From Geosiphon pyriformis uo1 (taxonomy: Eukaryota; Fungi; Glomeromycota): a DNA stretch of 64,000 bases. A program made the translations under genes and the position numbers. Position 1 is the stretch's first letter. Every line of letters starts with the position of its first letter. Below the pieces are notes generated by a model. It was not told where the DNA came from, did not search any database, and worked only from the letters and a program-made list of their open reading frames with translations. The stretch spans positions 515,087-579,086 of the forward strand of contig JAAOMT010000096.1 in assembly GCA_016748015.1 (NCBI GenBank). Direction: 5' to 3'. Below, in pieces: positions 38,451-52,972 of this stretch.

Positions 38451-39668
38451 AGTATGTTTTTAATTGGTTTAAGTAACTGGTTACATGTAGAAAAAGCGCA
38501 AATTGTATTTAGTTAGAATTTTTAATTTTGGTTTTATATACTAAATAGTAATTAGATTATATTTGTTAAACTTTAATAAAAAAAATTATAATTATAAATA
38601 ATATTTGTTTAATTTTATTGTTGTTTTTTATTTTATTATTTTAGTAAATTCTGAAAATTTTAAATTTCTGTTTAATAATAATTTCTAATGTTTAATTTGG
38701 CTTTTTTTGTAATTTAAGTTTTACTAATTTTTTTTAAAACTTTTTAAATTTAGTTTATTAGTTTTAAATTCTTGAATTATTAATAAGTAAAAAAAATTTG
38801 TTAGTTTTATTTTTTTGTTTTTGCAAATTGTATTTCTTTATTATTAAAGAAAAATTATAATACAATTGAATTTTAAAAAAAATTATAAAATTCTGATTAG
38901 ATTATTTGGCTTTATAAAAATCATAAAACTGATCAAATAAATATTTGTTAAGTTTATACAAATTATAAAACATTGTATAATTTTTTATTTTAATTAATAA
39001 TTCATTTTTTTCTTTTTACTATACTTTTTGCAAATTATTTGTTAGTCTTTTTGTAATTCAATAAATAATTTGAAATTACTGCAATTATTGTAATTAATTA
39101 CAACTTTTAATTTTTTAGAAAAATAGTTTTATAAAGATTAGTTAAATTCTTATTTGTATATAATTTTAATTAATAACACAATATTATTTAATAATACAAT
39201 ATATTTTTAAAGTTTCAAAAATTTTGAACAAAATAATATAGTAACAAGTTAATTATTAATTAATTAATTAAAGTAATTAAAAAAATTCATTCAGCATTAT
39301 GATTTTTTAATTTATTATTATTATTATTTTTTAGTTTTATATAAATAAATCAAATATTATTATTAACTTTTATTATTTTATTTCCAAAATATCGCGAAAT
39401 TGTATGACTTTAATGGGGAAATTTTTCTCCGGGCATTGCTTGATTTTCTCTGGAGATCATGCAGGAAATAGTAGCAATGCATAACATCGTTTATTATTGA
39501 TATATTACAATCCATCAGGCTTTATTAACAATGCCTTCCTCGTTTTGTATAATACTTGTCGGTTCCTTTGTCGACTGAGAGGATCGATCGTCTCGCGAAT
39601 AAAAGAGTTTTGCCCATTACTTTTTTACTCGCGCGTACGCAAACGACAACTACCTTTAGATAGTGAAT

Positions 39669-40487
39669 ATGGCAACCACGACAACCGCGAGGGACATTCC
39701 TGCTGTTAAAAGGGCAGAGTCTGGCGCAGCCCACCCGACTCATTATAGCACCACGCCCGCTGGGACCATTTATTCGAGCACCCCTGGAGGTCAGGATTTT
39801 CGGTTTTTCGCATTATTAAGAGATTGAGAGTTTGGTGCATTAATTGTTTTTAGACGTTTTCGGGCTTTCATCCGTAAAAATGCCGTTTTTTGATTTACCT
39901 GCTTTTTTCGATTATGTTTTATGAATAAAAAATCATTCTTTGTTAGTGGGTTTTATTTTCCCAATGAAATGACATAATTTGGGGGTCTCTCGAATTGAGC
40001 TTCAAGAACATGTATTGTTCCACATCAAGGATGGGAGAAAAATCAGTCAAAGCACACTAAAGATTCCAAATTTTATTTAAATTATACAATGGATGATTCA
40101 GGTTCTAGAATTATTTATGATCGCAATACACTTTTGAATCTCGCCAATTCTCCTTTGGCCAAGACACCACCAAGTAATTTGGTCTTCGTTCCAGGAGTCA
40201 CTAAACCAACTGCCCAGCACTCTCATGATAATAATCAGACTTCGGCTCAATTTGGTGGGCATCTGGCACCACCGCAAACTGTACCATTTCCTGGTTTGAA
40301 ACAAGTAAATGAGAATGCAAATAGCAAAAAGTCTCGAAATGATGACAATGGGCATCCCCATGGTAAAGGAATTCTCTTATTTATCTAGTTTTTCTTCAAC
40401 ATTATTTGATATATTTGTTTTGAAGGAGACCAAAACAAGGATCAGCATAACGACCATCATGATATGTTCCACATGGACATGGAATAG
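39669..40487 (+). CDS. EIF4EBP: eIF4E-binding protein (4E-BP, metazoan-type), 147 aa, 3 exons
   Basis: Exons 39669-39789, 40102-40362 and 40426-40487 (GT-AG, 444 nt). The protein reads ...[39 protein letters not shown]...VPGVT...DMFHMDME*. It has the canonical YXXXXL-phi motif, the four TP/SP phosphosites, the non-canonical PGVT motif and a TOS-like FHMDM. Confidence 0.95.
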
Positions 40488-41459
40488 AATCTTTGTTTTA
40501 TACGTGATATTTCCCGCTTACTTTCTTTAATTATGTACAAAGAACATGAAAGAACGGACATTTTATTGTAATTTCTTGTCTGAAACGTTTTTCCTGATGC
40601 GTTTATTTGATAATATTTCTTGATCCTTGTATTGTGGTGAACATATTACCTGTTACTTTTTCCATCATTTCAATAAAGGAAAATCAAGGTAGCACCCTAC
40701 ACGCCAACTTTCCAGTGCGTGTTGGGACAATCTGAATAAATCATCCTAAACCAAAACATGTTTTGCATAATAAAGCAATATATCATTATTAATATTGGAG
40801 AAGGGTCAATAAAATCTCGAGATTTTAGGATAAAGTTATTTTTATAACTAATACAATTAAAAAAACAATTAATCAAATGTTAATATTTTGATTGCATAAA
40901 TCTATCTTTTAAACAAAATTATTTAACAAACTATTAAGGTTATTATTTAATTGTAGTTTTTTTACTACTTACATGCATAGCTTATATATATATTTATAAT
41001 AAGTGTAAATTATGTACTTTTTATATATAACCAACTATTTAAACTTTTATTAAATTACATCAAATAAAATATTACGAATGGTTTTTTTGTATTTATTTAT
41101 TTATAAAATAATTTAAATCTAAACTACTTAAAACAAAACTTATTTATCTAATTTTAGCATATTTTATTAGATTTTATATTAAATTAAACAAATTTTATAA
41201 AATTACTAAACAATTAAATTTATTATTATTTAAAAAATTTTATATTATATATTTTTTAATTTTAATTATAATTTTTAAATTAAAATTTAATTTTTTATTT
41301 TGCTTTAAACTTATTTTTATTAACTAACAAAAAAGCTATTTATCTATTAAAAAATTAAAATTTTCTATTATTAATTTTATTAAACAGTTTAATTTTGTAT
41401 TTAATAGTTTAAAAATTAAAATAAAATAAAATATTACATATTATTTTAAATTCTTTTTT

Positions 41460-42300
41460 CTTATATTTTTATAATTACAATTAAAACAAAGAATAAAAAA
41501 GTTGTAAACTTTTTATTTTTATTAATAAAAAACTTATAGTTATTAAACTGCTTAATAATATTTTGTATAAATGCTTTTTTTAAATAAAATAATAATAAAC
41601 CAATTTTTTGTTAATTTTAAAACACTGTTTTTGGCTTTAAATAAAATTTTTTTTATTTAAAGTTTTTTTAATAATCAATTAAGACTAGTTTTAATATAAT
41701 TGTTATTATTATAAAAAATTCTAAAATTTTAATAATAAGTTAATAATAAAATTATTTTTATTATTATTATTATTTTATATTTGTTTAAATAATTAAAAAA
41801 GCAAAAAAACAATTTTTTCCTTTTTTTTTAAAACAATTAACTTTTTTAAGATATTTAAAAAAGTTATTTTTAAAAATACTATTCTATTTTTAAAGTCTGT
41901 TTTTTTTTGTAAAAAATAAAATATTGGTTTTATTTGTTTTTTTAATATTATACTAAATTTATAATTGTATTAATTTTATTATTTAATTTAAATTTGATTA
42001 TAAATAATAGTTTTTTATTATTTAAATAATAAAATTAACAATATATTTACCAAAACTAATTTTAATTAATACATAATTAAATTGCTTAATACATTAAATT
42101 CTAATTAATTTTTATTAGTTTAAAAAGAAAAACAATTTATGTTTTTATATATAATTTTAATTAATTAATCTCTTAAGTTATTTAATTTTAAAAATTATGC
42201 TAATTAAATAAAAACTTAAGTTGTTTTTTATTTTTTAATAGTATTGTTTTTAATAATATTTAAAAAATAATTGTTAATTATTATAAATTTTTTAAATAAG
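41460..42300 (+). mobile_element. Extremely decayed LINE L-B ORF1 relic
   Basis: Residual colinearity with 18041 and 36350 (AAAACAAAGAATAAAAAAGTTG..., AAATAAAAACTTAAGTTG) in DNA almost free of G and C. Confidence 0.5.
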
Positions 42301-42679
42301 TAATTTTTATTTTAATATTTAATATCTTTTTTAAAATTAAATTAATTTATATTAAGATTGTTTTTTTAGTTTTTATTAATATAAAATCAGTTTTTAAGGT
42401 TTTTTTAATAAAATTTGTATTATAAATTTCTTTGAATATTATTTTACAAGTTAAATTTGCTTAAAATTATAAAATTTTGTATTTGGTTCTGTTTTTATTG
42501 TTGTTGTTTTTTCTAATTTTTTTTAAGTTATTATTAATAAAATTAAAAATATTATAAGTATTTTTAACAAAATTTTAATATTAAAATAAAATTTATTGGT
42601 TTTTAATAATATAATATTATTTATTTTAAATTTTATGTATTTTTTATTATTATTAAATTGCTTTATAAATGCAGTTTAA

Positions 42680-45600
42680 TCACTACCTAAAATTATAAAA
42701 TCATACAAAATCTTATATTAAGTATAATTCATGCTTTTTCTATATATAACCAACTATTTAGGCCAATTAAAATAATATTATATACTTAAACTACTTATAA
42801 CAAAAAAGTCACACAAAAAACCAAAACATATACTGGACAAATGAAAATGCAAATTAAAACAAACATAAACATCTAACTTAAAACCAAAATTATTAATCAT
42901 TTTAAGAAATTACAAGAATATTAAACCAAATACAGCCAAAATTACAAATCTATCATGTAATAAAAGACTATATTTTTTATAATGCACTTTCAGTTTGGCA
43001 GTTAGCAACTACATAGTAGATCTGTAATCTTTAACAAAACTTCAGACCAAATTAATAATTAATAATACATTATTAGATCTGCCACCTAATAAATATATCA
43101 TGTTAGCTATTTACTTCTTTATTACAAAGTCTTTGGTCAATAACATATATAAATAATTAAAAGATTTAGCCTTATACAGAGATTAAATTATTATACTGTC
43201 AGTAGTATAGGCATCTAGCAAACCAGTTCATATTTTAATAATTTTCAAAATTAGATTTATCTTAGTGCAATTATTATGAATACAAGAAAACATGTGATTA
43301 GAGTTTTTAACCAACTTATATTAAATGCACAACACATTAAAATAACTTGAATTATATAATTTTTTTTTTAACTATAAACAACCAGTAATATAGAGTTTTT
43401 ATAAAGTAAAACTAAAGTATTATAAAAGCTAAACTAGTAAAACCTAAATGAACTTGACCATTAAAATGTCATACATTAAAAGTTTTATGCATATTAATTA
43501 GACTATACAAAGTCTTGTTTACAGTATTATTAGTATATTTAAAATTCCAACCAACAAAATGAATGGCTTTAAAAAAATGTCTAACAAAATAATAGATGTT
43601 TTTAGAAACAAATCTGTTTTTAATAGCAAAAAAGTGGCATAGTATTTTAACAGACAGCATAAAATTAAACATGGTAGCAGTATTGACAAAAAAATCAATA
43701 CACTAATTACCAAAAATTTCAGAATAACTCTTGATCTTATTTTAATTGACTAACAGATTCTTTGACACAATAATCTAATGAATATGTTCCCTTTTTATTC
43801 AGAATTTATCATAAAAATTGGAACTGATATTTTTTTTAATTGACACTTATATTTAATAATATTGACTATTTATAAATAACACAATTGAACTAAATACTAA
43901 AACATATTTCAGAGCAAGAGTAATGGTTTGCAGTTTTATTAGAATCAAAAAAAGCAAGTTATTTATCTTAACTTCTACACTTATGTTAATATCCAGAAAA
44001 TAGGCAGTAGTATCATCATGAGCATTTACAGATCACAAATTTTTGATTAAATTATCTATATAAACAACTATATTACTAGACCCATTTTTTAAAAAGCATT
44101 TGTCAATAGAACCAAATTTGCTTAAACAGCAAACAGAAGTAAAATGAAAAACCAAAGCACAATTACTATTTAGACTATTATCTTTAATAAACTTGATCAA
44201 TAAATTGAACCAACCAAAAACCAAATCTCTAAAATTCTGTTTCTTTTTAAAATATATTCTATGTAAAACATATACTATAATAATTTAGAAACTGGTTTGC
44301 AAAAATAATACCAAACTTTTTTAACAAACTTACTATACTCAAATACTATTTCAAGCCTAAAACATCCACAATAGCAATATTAGTACCAATTCAGAAAACA
44401 TCAGACAGATTATTGCTTAAAAATAATTTACACAATATAAAAGTGTTGGTTATATTAACTAAAAAACAGTTCATAAGATTAATCAACAATATAATTAGAA
44501 AGCAAAGGAATTGCCAGAACATCTAACTAATGATTTACAAATTTATAGCTCTGTATTTAAACAATCTGTTAAAAATGTCTTTCAAGTTAGCAAAAACTAC
44601 CAAATTCACCAAAAAATTTTCAGTTTGTATTTGTTTAAATAACTTTAAACCATATAACTTAAGATGAACAATGACTTTATTAAAAAAATTTTTAAGTAAA
44701 TTGGTCTTAAGTTTTAGCTTTTTTCTTAATATCTTGTCTTATTTTTTATATACACTTGCTAAAAAATAACTAAATTGTAATCTGTAACCAATTATTGGCT
44801 ACAAAACAGCAAACACTAGATATAAAAACTGCTTATTAGATATGATTTTTCTCAAAACCAGATTTGTAAAAAACTTAATATTTAAGTAAGTCTTAATAAG
44901 ACTTGGTTTAAAAAAACTGTTTATAGACAAAAAAATGGCTAAGTATTTATGTAATTCATCTTTCTTAGCTATTGAAATATTTGACTTACTTATTATTAAA
45001 TGAGGAACTTTTACTCTTTGTTTGATGAGTATAATAACCATCTTATCTGTATTAATTAAAATGTTATTAATTTGAAAAAATTCATTAGCTATGTTTAAAA
45101 TATGCTAAATAGCAGTCATACTATTTTCAATTCAAATTGTGTCATTCATGAAAACTCCTACTGTCAAAAAAGATGCTATGCTACTTCTAAGATCCTATTT
45201 GCCTGTTTGCATAAAAATTTTGAATCCAATCTGTAGTCATATAAACTGTCATGTTTTTTAATCTTATAGAGCAAAGAGTTATAGAAGATTTTTTACAGCA
45301 AAGGTAAAAATACCTCATCTTAATCTAGTCTATCATAAATAGTATACCTTTTTATAAGCCCAAAATCTGTTATTACTTAGTTAATTTAATCATTGTATAT
45401 ATTCTTAAAAAATCTAATAAAATAAAAACACATCTTAATCTTAGCCAAATTGTTCTTTAAATAATATTATCTAACAGAATTATATGTTTTATACATGTTC
45501 TGAAAAACTAGTTACAGCTTTCTGTTTTTTTTCAATATATCTTTAATAATAAAACCAACAGCAAAAATTGAAGTTTAAATGAACATATCTTTTAAAACTG

Positions 45601-48470
45601 AAAAATTATCATCATGTAAGATATTAAAATTACTATAAGTTAAAAAGATCTTATCTGAAAAAATCTTAAATAAAATTTTTTAGGCTGTTTTAATCAAGAC
45701 TATTGGCCTGATATTTGTAAGAATTCTTTTCTAATTATATAATTTTGGTATTATAGAAACTCACACTCTCTTTTACTATATGAAAACTATACCTAATATT
45801 AAACACACATTGAAAATATTCAATAAACCACCCAAAACCTACATATTACTATGTTTTCAGAGCTTATTAAAAATACCAGAGAGATCAGTGGCTTTTTTAT
45901 TAGGTAAATTTTTAACAATTTGCAAAAACTCATCAAATTTAATATTATATATTACTTTTGAGAAAACATTATTATTAACATGATTCAAAAAAGCATATTA
46001 ATTAGACTATTTATTAAACAAAACACTAGGCACTACATGTTTTTTTATCTATTTTTCTATAATTGTGTTAATTATGAATTTAACTTTACATGGCTCTAAA
46101 ATTAAATCATTATTAACTATCAGATAGTTAAGTACTATCTTTTAAAATAACTAATCTAAAACACTCTTAATTATTCTCTTCTTATTAGAACAGAAATTTT
46201 TTATATGTTTATTAATAGTTTTTTTAATGAGATCATTTTAGACAATTTTGAATTTATAGTATTTAAACTTATAGTACTTTTTCTTAACTCTTAACAAATA
46301 ATATAGAATATCTTTCAAACTTTTATTATTATTAATTATAATATACAATTTGAAAGTTTTTTTCTTATTAATATTAGTTCAAATATTAATAGGACAATTA
46401 TTTTTTGAATCTTAATTCTAACTCAAACCCTTTATAATTTTGGTTATTAACAATTCCAATTTAAAAAACTTAGATAATTGCCTATTTTTCAAATATTTTA
46501 ATTTACTAAACCAAAGTTTAGAAAATATTTTATTAGTAGAACTTACTATTACTTTATTTAAAATTTTTTACATAGTATTTAAATTGTCATAACCTTTTGT
46601 ACTATTGAATCCAACCACTTTTTCAAAAATTTGTTTAACAAATACTTCTCAAACTATAACCATTTATTGACTTTAACATTTTTAATTTTGAACTTTTATC
46701 TATCTTTATTAGTCTGTTTATAATCATTATTAAGATGAATATTCAAGAAATTATTTAAACCAACCACAACTAAAACTGCCTTGTAATAAGTTTCAAAAAA
46801 CTCAAACACAATATTAACCTCATAATTAACAACTGCAGACACCAGATTTTGGTTTACAAAATTAAATTAATAATCTTTTTAATGCCTTTAAAATTACTTT
46901 AAGTAAGAATCTTGGCTAATAAATATCTACTAAATAAGTTAATTAAGTTTAAATCTCCACAAAACTTAAAACTTGTATTTTACTTTGAACTGTTTTTATT
47001 AAAATTCTTACCCAATATCATAAAAGTATTAAAGTTAACAGTCTTAGCAATAAAAGAGTTGACTTTCAACACCTAATCAAATTTAGTCTTAACAAAAACA
47101 CCTGTATACAAATCCAAAATTATAACTGATAATTTATTCTTAAACAAAAGCTGTATTAAAATAATTTGACTAGAGACCTCTTCTATTTTTAAGACATGTT
47201 GAACTAAAAAATTGTTTATAATAATTGCCACTTTAGCACCAAAAAAGCCTTTGTTTAAATCAGATGTGAAAATTTTTATCTCATCAAATTTACTTGTAAT
47301 TTATGGTCTAATACTAGATCATAACTTTGTTTCTATAATAATAAAAATTATATTACTTGATTCTGTATACCAATAAACAACATTTTTTTGTTTAGCAGGA
47401 ATGTTGATATTATAAACATTACATGTAGTAATTTTTCAGATCAAATCAGTTATTAAGCTGAGACAACTACAAAAAAATTCAAGTCAGCATACAACTAATT
47501 CAATTTTACTAATACTGAACTAACTAAAGTTTTAAGAACTATTATTTTTGATTCCAAACCATTTATTTTGGTGGTTAAAATTTTTGAGCTACTTAAATTA
47601 AGAATGAAATTTTTATTCATTGTTAATAAAATAAAATAAAAAAAGACAATAAAAAGTTATTCAAAATCATGTCTAAATCTGACTTTGAAAACATAGGCAC
47701 AAAAACAGCTGGTAATAAAAAATAATAAATAAACACCAAATTCACATTGTTTAGTCTTTGCACAATACCAAACATTTGGTCAGCTAAAAGCTTTAAAAAA
47801 TGTTTTAAAAAAACTAATTAATTATCAATAAAAGAATTATTCTGTAATGCAAAAAAAATCTTATCTGAAAACAAAATACTTAAAAAAAAAGAACCTAAAT
47901 CAAGACTTAAAAAAACATTATTGAAAGCAGAAGCCAGCAAGACCATTTAAGCTCATAATTTGTTATCAAAGGCAGCAAAACAAAAAATAAAAACACTTTT
48001 CTTAACATATAACTTAGCAAGCTGAAAACAATTCTTATTTGAAACAGATTTTTTAAATATCTTGAAAGACAGAGAAATAAAGACATTAGATGCATTATAC
48101 TACAAAGCCAAATATTCAAAACACCTGTATTTTTTGCAATAAACCAAATCCAATTTGGCCCAAAAGAGTTTCACACCACTAAAAATTGGCTTTATGTAAA
48201 AGACAGATTTAAGTTTTTTTTTGATTCAAAGTTAACTATAATACAGTAAACTCTATTACCAGTTTTGAATGATCTATTAATAATACAAGTTTTTCTACCA
48301 GCTCTATCCAATAAAGTACCAAGATTATGAGCAATTGTTTTTACTAACAAAATACACAAAAATGCTCTAAACCAATTTTATAACATTCAGATTTTAAAAT
48401 TTTTTACAGTCTTAACTACTTATACAGAATTTTTTTTAATTAAAAATGATTACTTAGATGTCAAATAATT
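42680..48470 (-). mobile_element. Long decayed LINE: partial ORF1, then ORF2 endonuclease-RT-RNase H-CCHC
   Basis: Minus strand shows ITTCNV (endonuclease, near 47420), RPIVLIKT (near 45700), F.NDTI (RT, near 45140), ORF 44799-45041 and the RNase H start VVYIDNL (ORF 44033-44224). Confidence 0.8.
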
Positions 48471-48808
48471 TATAGCCAAAAACAAAGACAGTTTCTAAAT
48501 ACTATTTCTTAAACACAAAGCTTTTACACAATACAGTATACACAGTATTGTTAAATATACACACTAAAAGCAATTGTAAAACACAAAACAATAATAAATT
48601 CAAGCCTAACACAGAACTTTATTGAACAAAACATGAATCAAGTAGTTTTTTGTGAATACTAAAGTCTATTATGCATGTAAAAAAATAATTAGAGAGCTTA
48701 ATTTTTTTACAATATAAACATAATACATTAAAATACTTTTTATCATATAAGTATTTTTAAACAACAACAGATAAATAATAATGTAAAGTCTTTATAAAGT
48801 ATGAACAT

Positions 48809-49781
48809 TGTTACCAGTAAAATTTTAACTATTAATTAGCATGAAATTACTCTTTTAATTCTTATTATTAATTAACATATATTATTATTATTTCGATTAT
48901 TACTTATTATTTAATCAAATTATCAAATATTATTACTTAATTAATAACTCAATTTGTACCATAAAAATTAAAATGATCAAATTACACAATATCCTGAACT
49001 ATTTAATATAATCAAAATTCGCCGAAATTGATAAAAATTAGCCGAAATAATTAATAGTTTGTAGAAATAACTTGTAGTTTACCAAAATGTATCTTTAATT
49101 TACCAAAATTAGAGCAAAGAGAAAAGTGCAAGTTCAAAAACTAGTACTACAACAAGTTGTATAAAAAAAAAGCTTTTCTCTTCAAGAAAATGTATTTTTT
49201 CATAGTATTTTACTATAGTATCTTACTTTAAATATCTTAATTGGAACAAATCATCTTTTACATATTTCAAATAAAAATTAAATATTCGAAAAACAAAATC
49301 TTTTGATTATTATACTTGAAATTCTCTCAACACAACTAACATTTTGAAATTAATTAGCTACCAATTTCAGTAATCTGTTAGTGACTCTAGGCCTAAATAG
49401 AAAACGTTTCTCTTGTTAAAATTCTATTTTTTTTATATTTTTTATATTTTCTTTTACTTTTTTTTATCATAATCATTAGGGTAGTCTACAAACAAGATTT
49501 CTGTAGAAGAGTTGATTTTCACAGCAAAGTAACTACACATTTTAGTAAGCTTTTAGACAAGCAATTCTTGAAAAAGAGTTAACATTTACTACAATGTAAC
49601 TACATAAAGTAACTGGCATAGAATTGGCCATTTTACTTATAAGTCCAGCAGTTTAAATTATAAGAAATAATTTGAAGATAAATTCAGTTATTAGAGATTC
49701 AACTGCTTCTAGAAAATGTGAATTTATAACAAACAAACATTAACAATATTTAAGAAAAGAGACCAAAAACTTCTAGTAACA
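48809..49781 (+). mobile_element. Solo LTR, family B
   Basis: TGTTAC...GTAACA termini, perfect 4-bp TSD ACAT, reverse-complement match to both LTRs of element B. Confidence 0.92.
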
Positions 49782-50260
49782 ACATAAACCAGCAGTAGCT
49801 TTACTTATAAAACCAGATACTATATACAAGTTGGAGTGCCAAACTAATAAAGTCTGAATCCAATTTACATTCTTAATTATGTCTTTATAAATAATACTAG
49901 AACCAAGCCCAACTTCCTAACAAGCACAATAAACAGTCCTAAACATATTGTAAACAAAATGACAAATATTCTTAAACACTGCTATTCTATTAGTACAGAT
50001 ATATCTCTTCTTGACAAGAATAGAAAATAACATATTCAAACATAAAACTAAGTCAACTAACATGTCAGTATACTTATTACTTAAGACACCCAAATGGTCT
50101 TTAACTTTGATCTATGAAGCAATAAATTTCTTATATTTAATAAAGTTTGCAATACTACACTTTTCAAGTCAACAGTAATTACAAAAATCAGGTAAAGCCA
50201 TATCCAATTCTATAACACATATATCCAAAATGGTTTAACTATCTGAATACATCTTAATAT

Positions 50261-50926
50261 TGTTACGGGTTGGAGTAACAAGCTAACGGATAGCAAGAAA
50301 GAACAGTATTGTATGGTGATGGAAATAAACAAAGAGGGAATTACAATAAGGGAGCGAATTGAATAAGTAGGAATTCAATGTGCGTGATCAGTCTCATAAA
50401 AATCACAGTCGCTAATCTTTTCTTAAATCTGAAGGTAAAAGAATAGTCTGTGATTGTCAACAAGATAACACTGCTGCTATTATTCTATGCCTCAACTTGG
50501 CAATTTTTAGAATCAATAACAGGTATTGTTGTGCTTTTCAATTGTTTTTTTATTCAATGAATTACAAGAGCAAGCCAATTGCTTCTTAGGCTAATTCTAA
50601 CAAATACAAATCAAGAAGAGAAAAAGATAAGGTATGTGAATGCCAACAAGTAGATACTTAAAGATAAGGAAAGGGGAATAAGCGATTATGAGAAGAAGTA
50701 ATTAATATTGTTTGTTTCATTACTTTAATCATGTATTTCTACAGCTAAGGGAATCATTGCTTATATAGCTATCTAAAGTGGTCAATGACCAGGTCAATGA
50801 TCAGGTCAATGGTTAGGTCATTAATCAGATTAACAATTACTATCTAAAAATAGGGTGGCTAATTATATGACATTAGTGGCTAATACATGTGATAACTAAT
50901 AAAAACTATGGGTTTCAACCATAACA
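50261..50926 (-). repeat. 3' LTR of element C (666 bp)
   Basis: Paired with 57252-57989. Confidence 0.95.
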
Positions 50927-51552
50927 TCATCCTTTCCAAAGAGATTGAGCTCCGGCGAAATCAAGCTATTTATGAGATAGTCTATGTGAAGGGTTTTGTC
51001 TAACTCAAAACTAACTAGTTTGTTGAAGTTTTTTGTAGATAGGGTATATAATACTTGAAGTGAAATAAGTTTTGTATCCAAGAGACCAAATCTTTGTATA
51101 AGAGTTCTGGCTCTTCTAGCAATGGTTAAAACTTTTGGGACATCTAATTGTATAATGCCCAAAATTTCCCCTTGTATCTCTGAAGTTGTTTTCTTCATGA
51201 ACTTTATGTCTTCTATGATTTCACCAAGGCAACCATAGAGTTCTAGTCGTCTTTCATATGACAAGTTTTTGTCTATGGGCAAGATTTCTTGTATTGTTTT
51301 TCCAATTGTGCTGGAAGGTGAAAGTATCACTGTTGTTATGCTTTCCAGCAGGTATTTATCCATTTTGCTACCAATTCTTTCTCTTCTGGTAGTTGTTTTC
51401 TTTGGTCTGATAACAGTGTGAGTTCCACTGTTGTCTGTTATGATGGTTTGTTTTTCGATAGTCAGAGTAGCATTTGGATAGTTCTTGATTCAGTACTTAT
51501 GGAGAATATAGAAAGCGTTTTGAATGTTTTGATTCAGGAAATAATTGTTCAT
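50896..51552 (-). pseudogene. Accessory ORF3 of element C (about 218 codons from ATG 51552 with one internal TGA; 155-aa open part)
   Basis: An upstream ATG is in frame with ORF 50896-51363. The frame overlaps the PPT and 3' LTR. No signal peptide or transmembrane segment is apparent. Confidence 0.75.
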
Positions 51553-51619
51553 GTCAATTAAAGATACCTCTGTTTTGGAAATAGTGCATTTATTTATATC
51601 TGATTTTTGCTGATCATTT

Positions 51620-52913
51620 GGGTCAGTATTACTATAACAGGTAACCAATCAGGTTGTTTGTAATATTTCTTGAATCGCATGCCATGAACAGGGCAATCAC
51701 TGAATATTGTTCCATATTGATCTTGTAGGATATATGAACCATTGTTCAAAACTTTGTTGACTATAAAAGATTCTTTTCAGCAGCTGGAGAATTTATCACC
51801 ATAGACATTGTCTCTGTCTGAACGGTATTCCAAAACTAAGTCATCAATACTTAAGGAAAATGTTTTATAGGTCTTTTTCTTTTTGAGCTTCTCTTGGAAC
51901 TGTTTTATCTTTTCAAAAACAATTATCCATGCTTCTACCAATGAGTCAAGAATGGTACCAAGTCTTCTTTGCAAAATGTCTTTGTAATCTCCTATTGTTA
52001 TTTTTTCAAAAGGTATTGTTTCTATATCTGTTTCTATTGGTAGAGTTGCCATTTGTCTATAGAGCAGATAAAAAAGTTCATAACTTGTTATGTCATGATT
52101 CACAGTTCTGTAGGCAAACAAAGCTGAAGGCAATACTTTGTCCCATAGGTTGGTTTCTTCACTGGTTTTGGCTAGGGTTTCACATAGTGTTCTATTGAAA
52201 CGTTTCACTAGGCCATTTGTTTAGGGGTAATAAGGAGAAGAGAGTTTATGATGTATTTCCATTTTTTTGCAAAGTTCTTCAACCAGTGTACTGAGAAAAG
52301 CTCTTCCTCTATCAGATAAAAGTTCTTTGGAGCAGCCATGGTGACAAATAATATCTTCATAAATGAAATTGGCAATTGAGACTGCTGTTTGATCTGGAGT
52401 GGCTCTTGCTTCTACCCACTTTGTAAGATAGTCGGTAGTTGTAATAATGTATTTGTTGCCATCAGGAGTTACTGTTAAAGATCCAACAACATCTATACCA
52501 ATTCTGTCAAATTGTTGACCAACAGAAATTGAATGGATATCTTCCTTGCGATTGGGTTTTCCTCTTCTTTGGCAGGTATCACAAGTTTTGATGTATTCAG
52601 CAATGTCTTTTCCCAAGGTAGGCCAATAATAGTGAGCTAAAGTTTTCTGAATTGTTTTTGTTTTTCCAAAGTGTCCAGCTAATGGATCAGTGTACATATT
52701 GTAGATCACAATTTCTCTTTCTTCAAATCTAATAACTCTCTGGAGGTGGTCAAGATCTTTTTTATTTCTTTTATATAACTGGTTCTGGTGAATCAAATAG
52801 AAATTTGATTGTTTGCGCAAATGTTCTCTTTGCTGTCAAGTATAGTCTGGTGGGTATTGTCCTTTACCCAAAAATTTCATTAAAACAGAGTAGTTGTCCA
52901 AGTTCATTATCAT
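51620..52913 (-). pseudogene. Integrase of element C, in its own frame with its own ATG
   Basis: ORFs 52221-52820 and 51777-52208: GHFG...CDTC zinc finger, GIDVVG, DYLTKWVEA, SDRG, RFNRTL. No chromodomain is seen. Confidence 0.92.
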
Positions 52914-52972
52914 GTTTGTTTGTGGGGGAGTTACAAATAATTAAGTTGGTTTGGTTTGAGAGGGTTTTGCTA

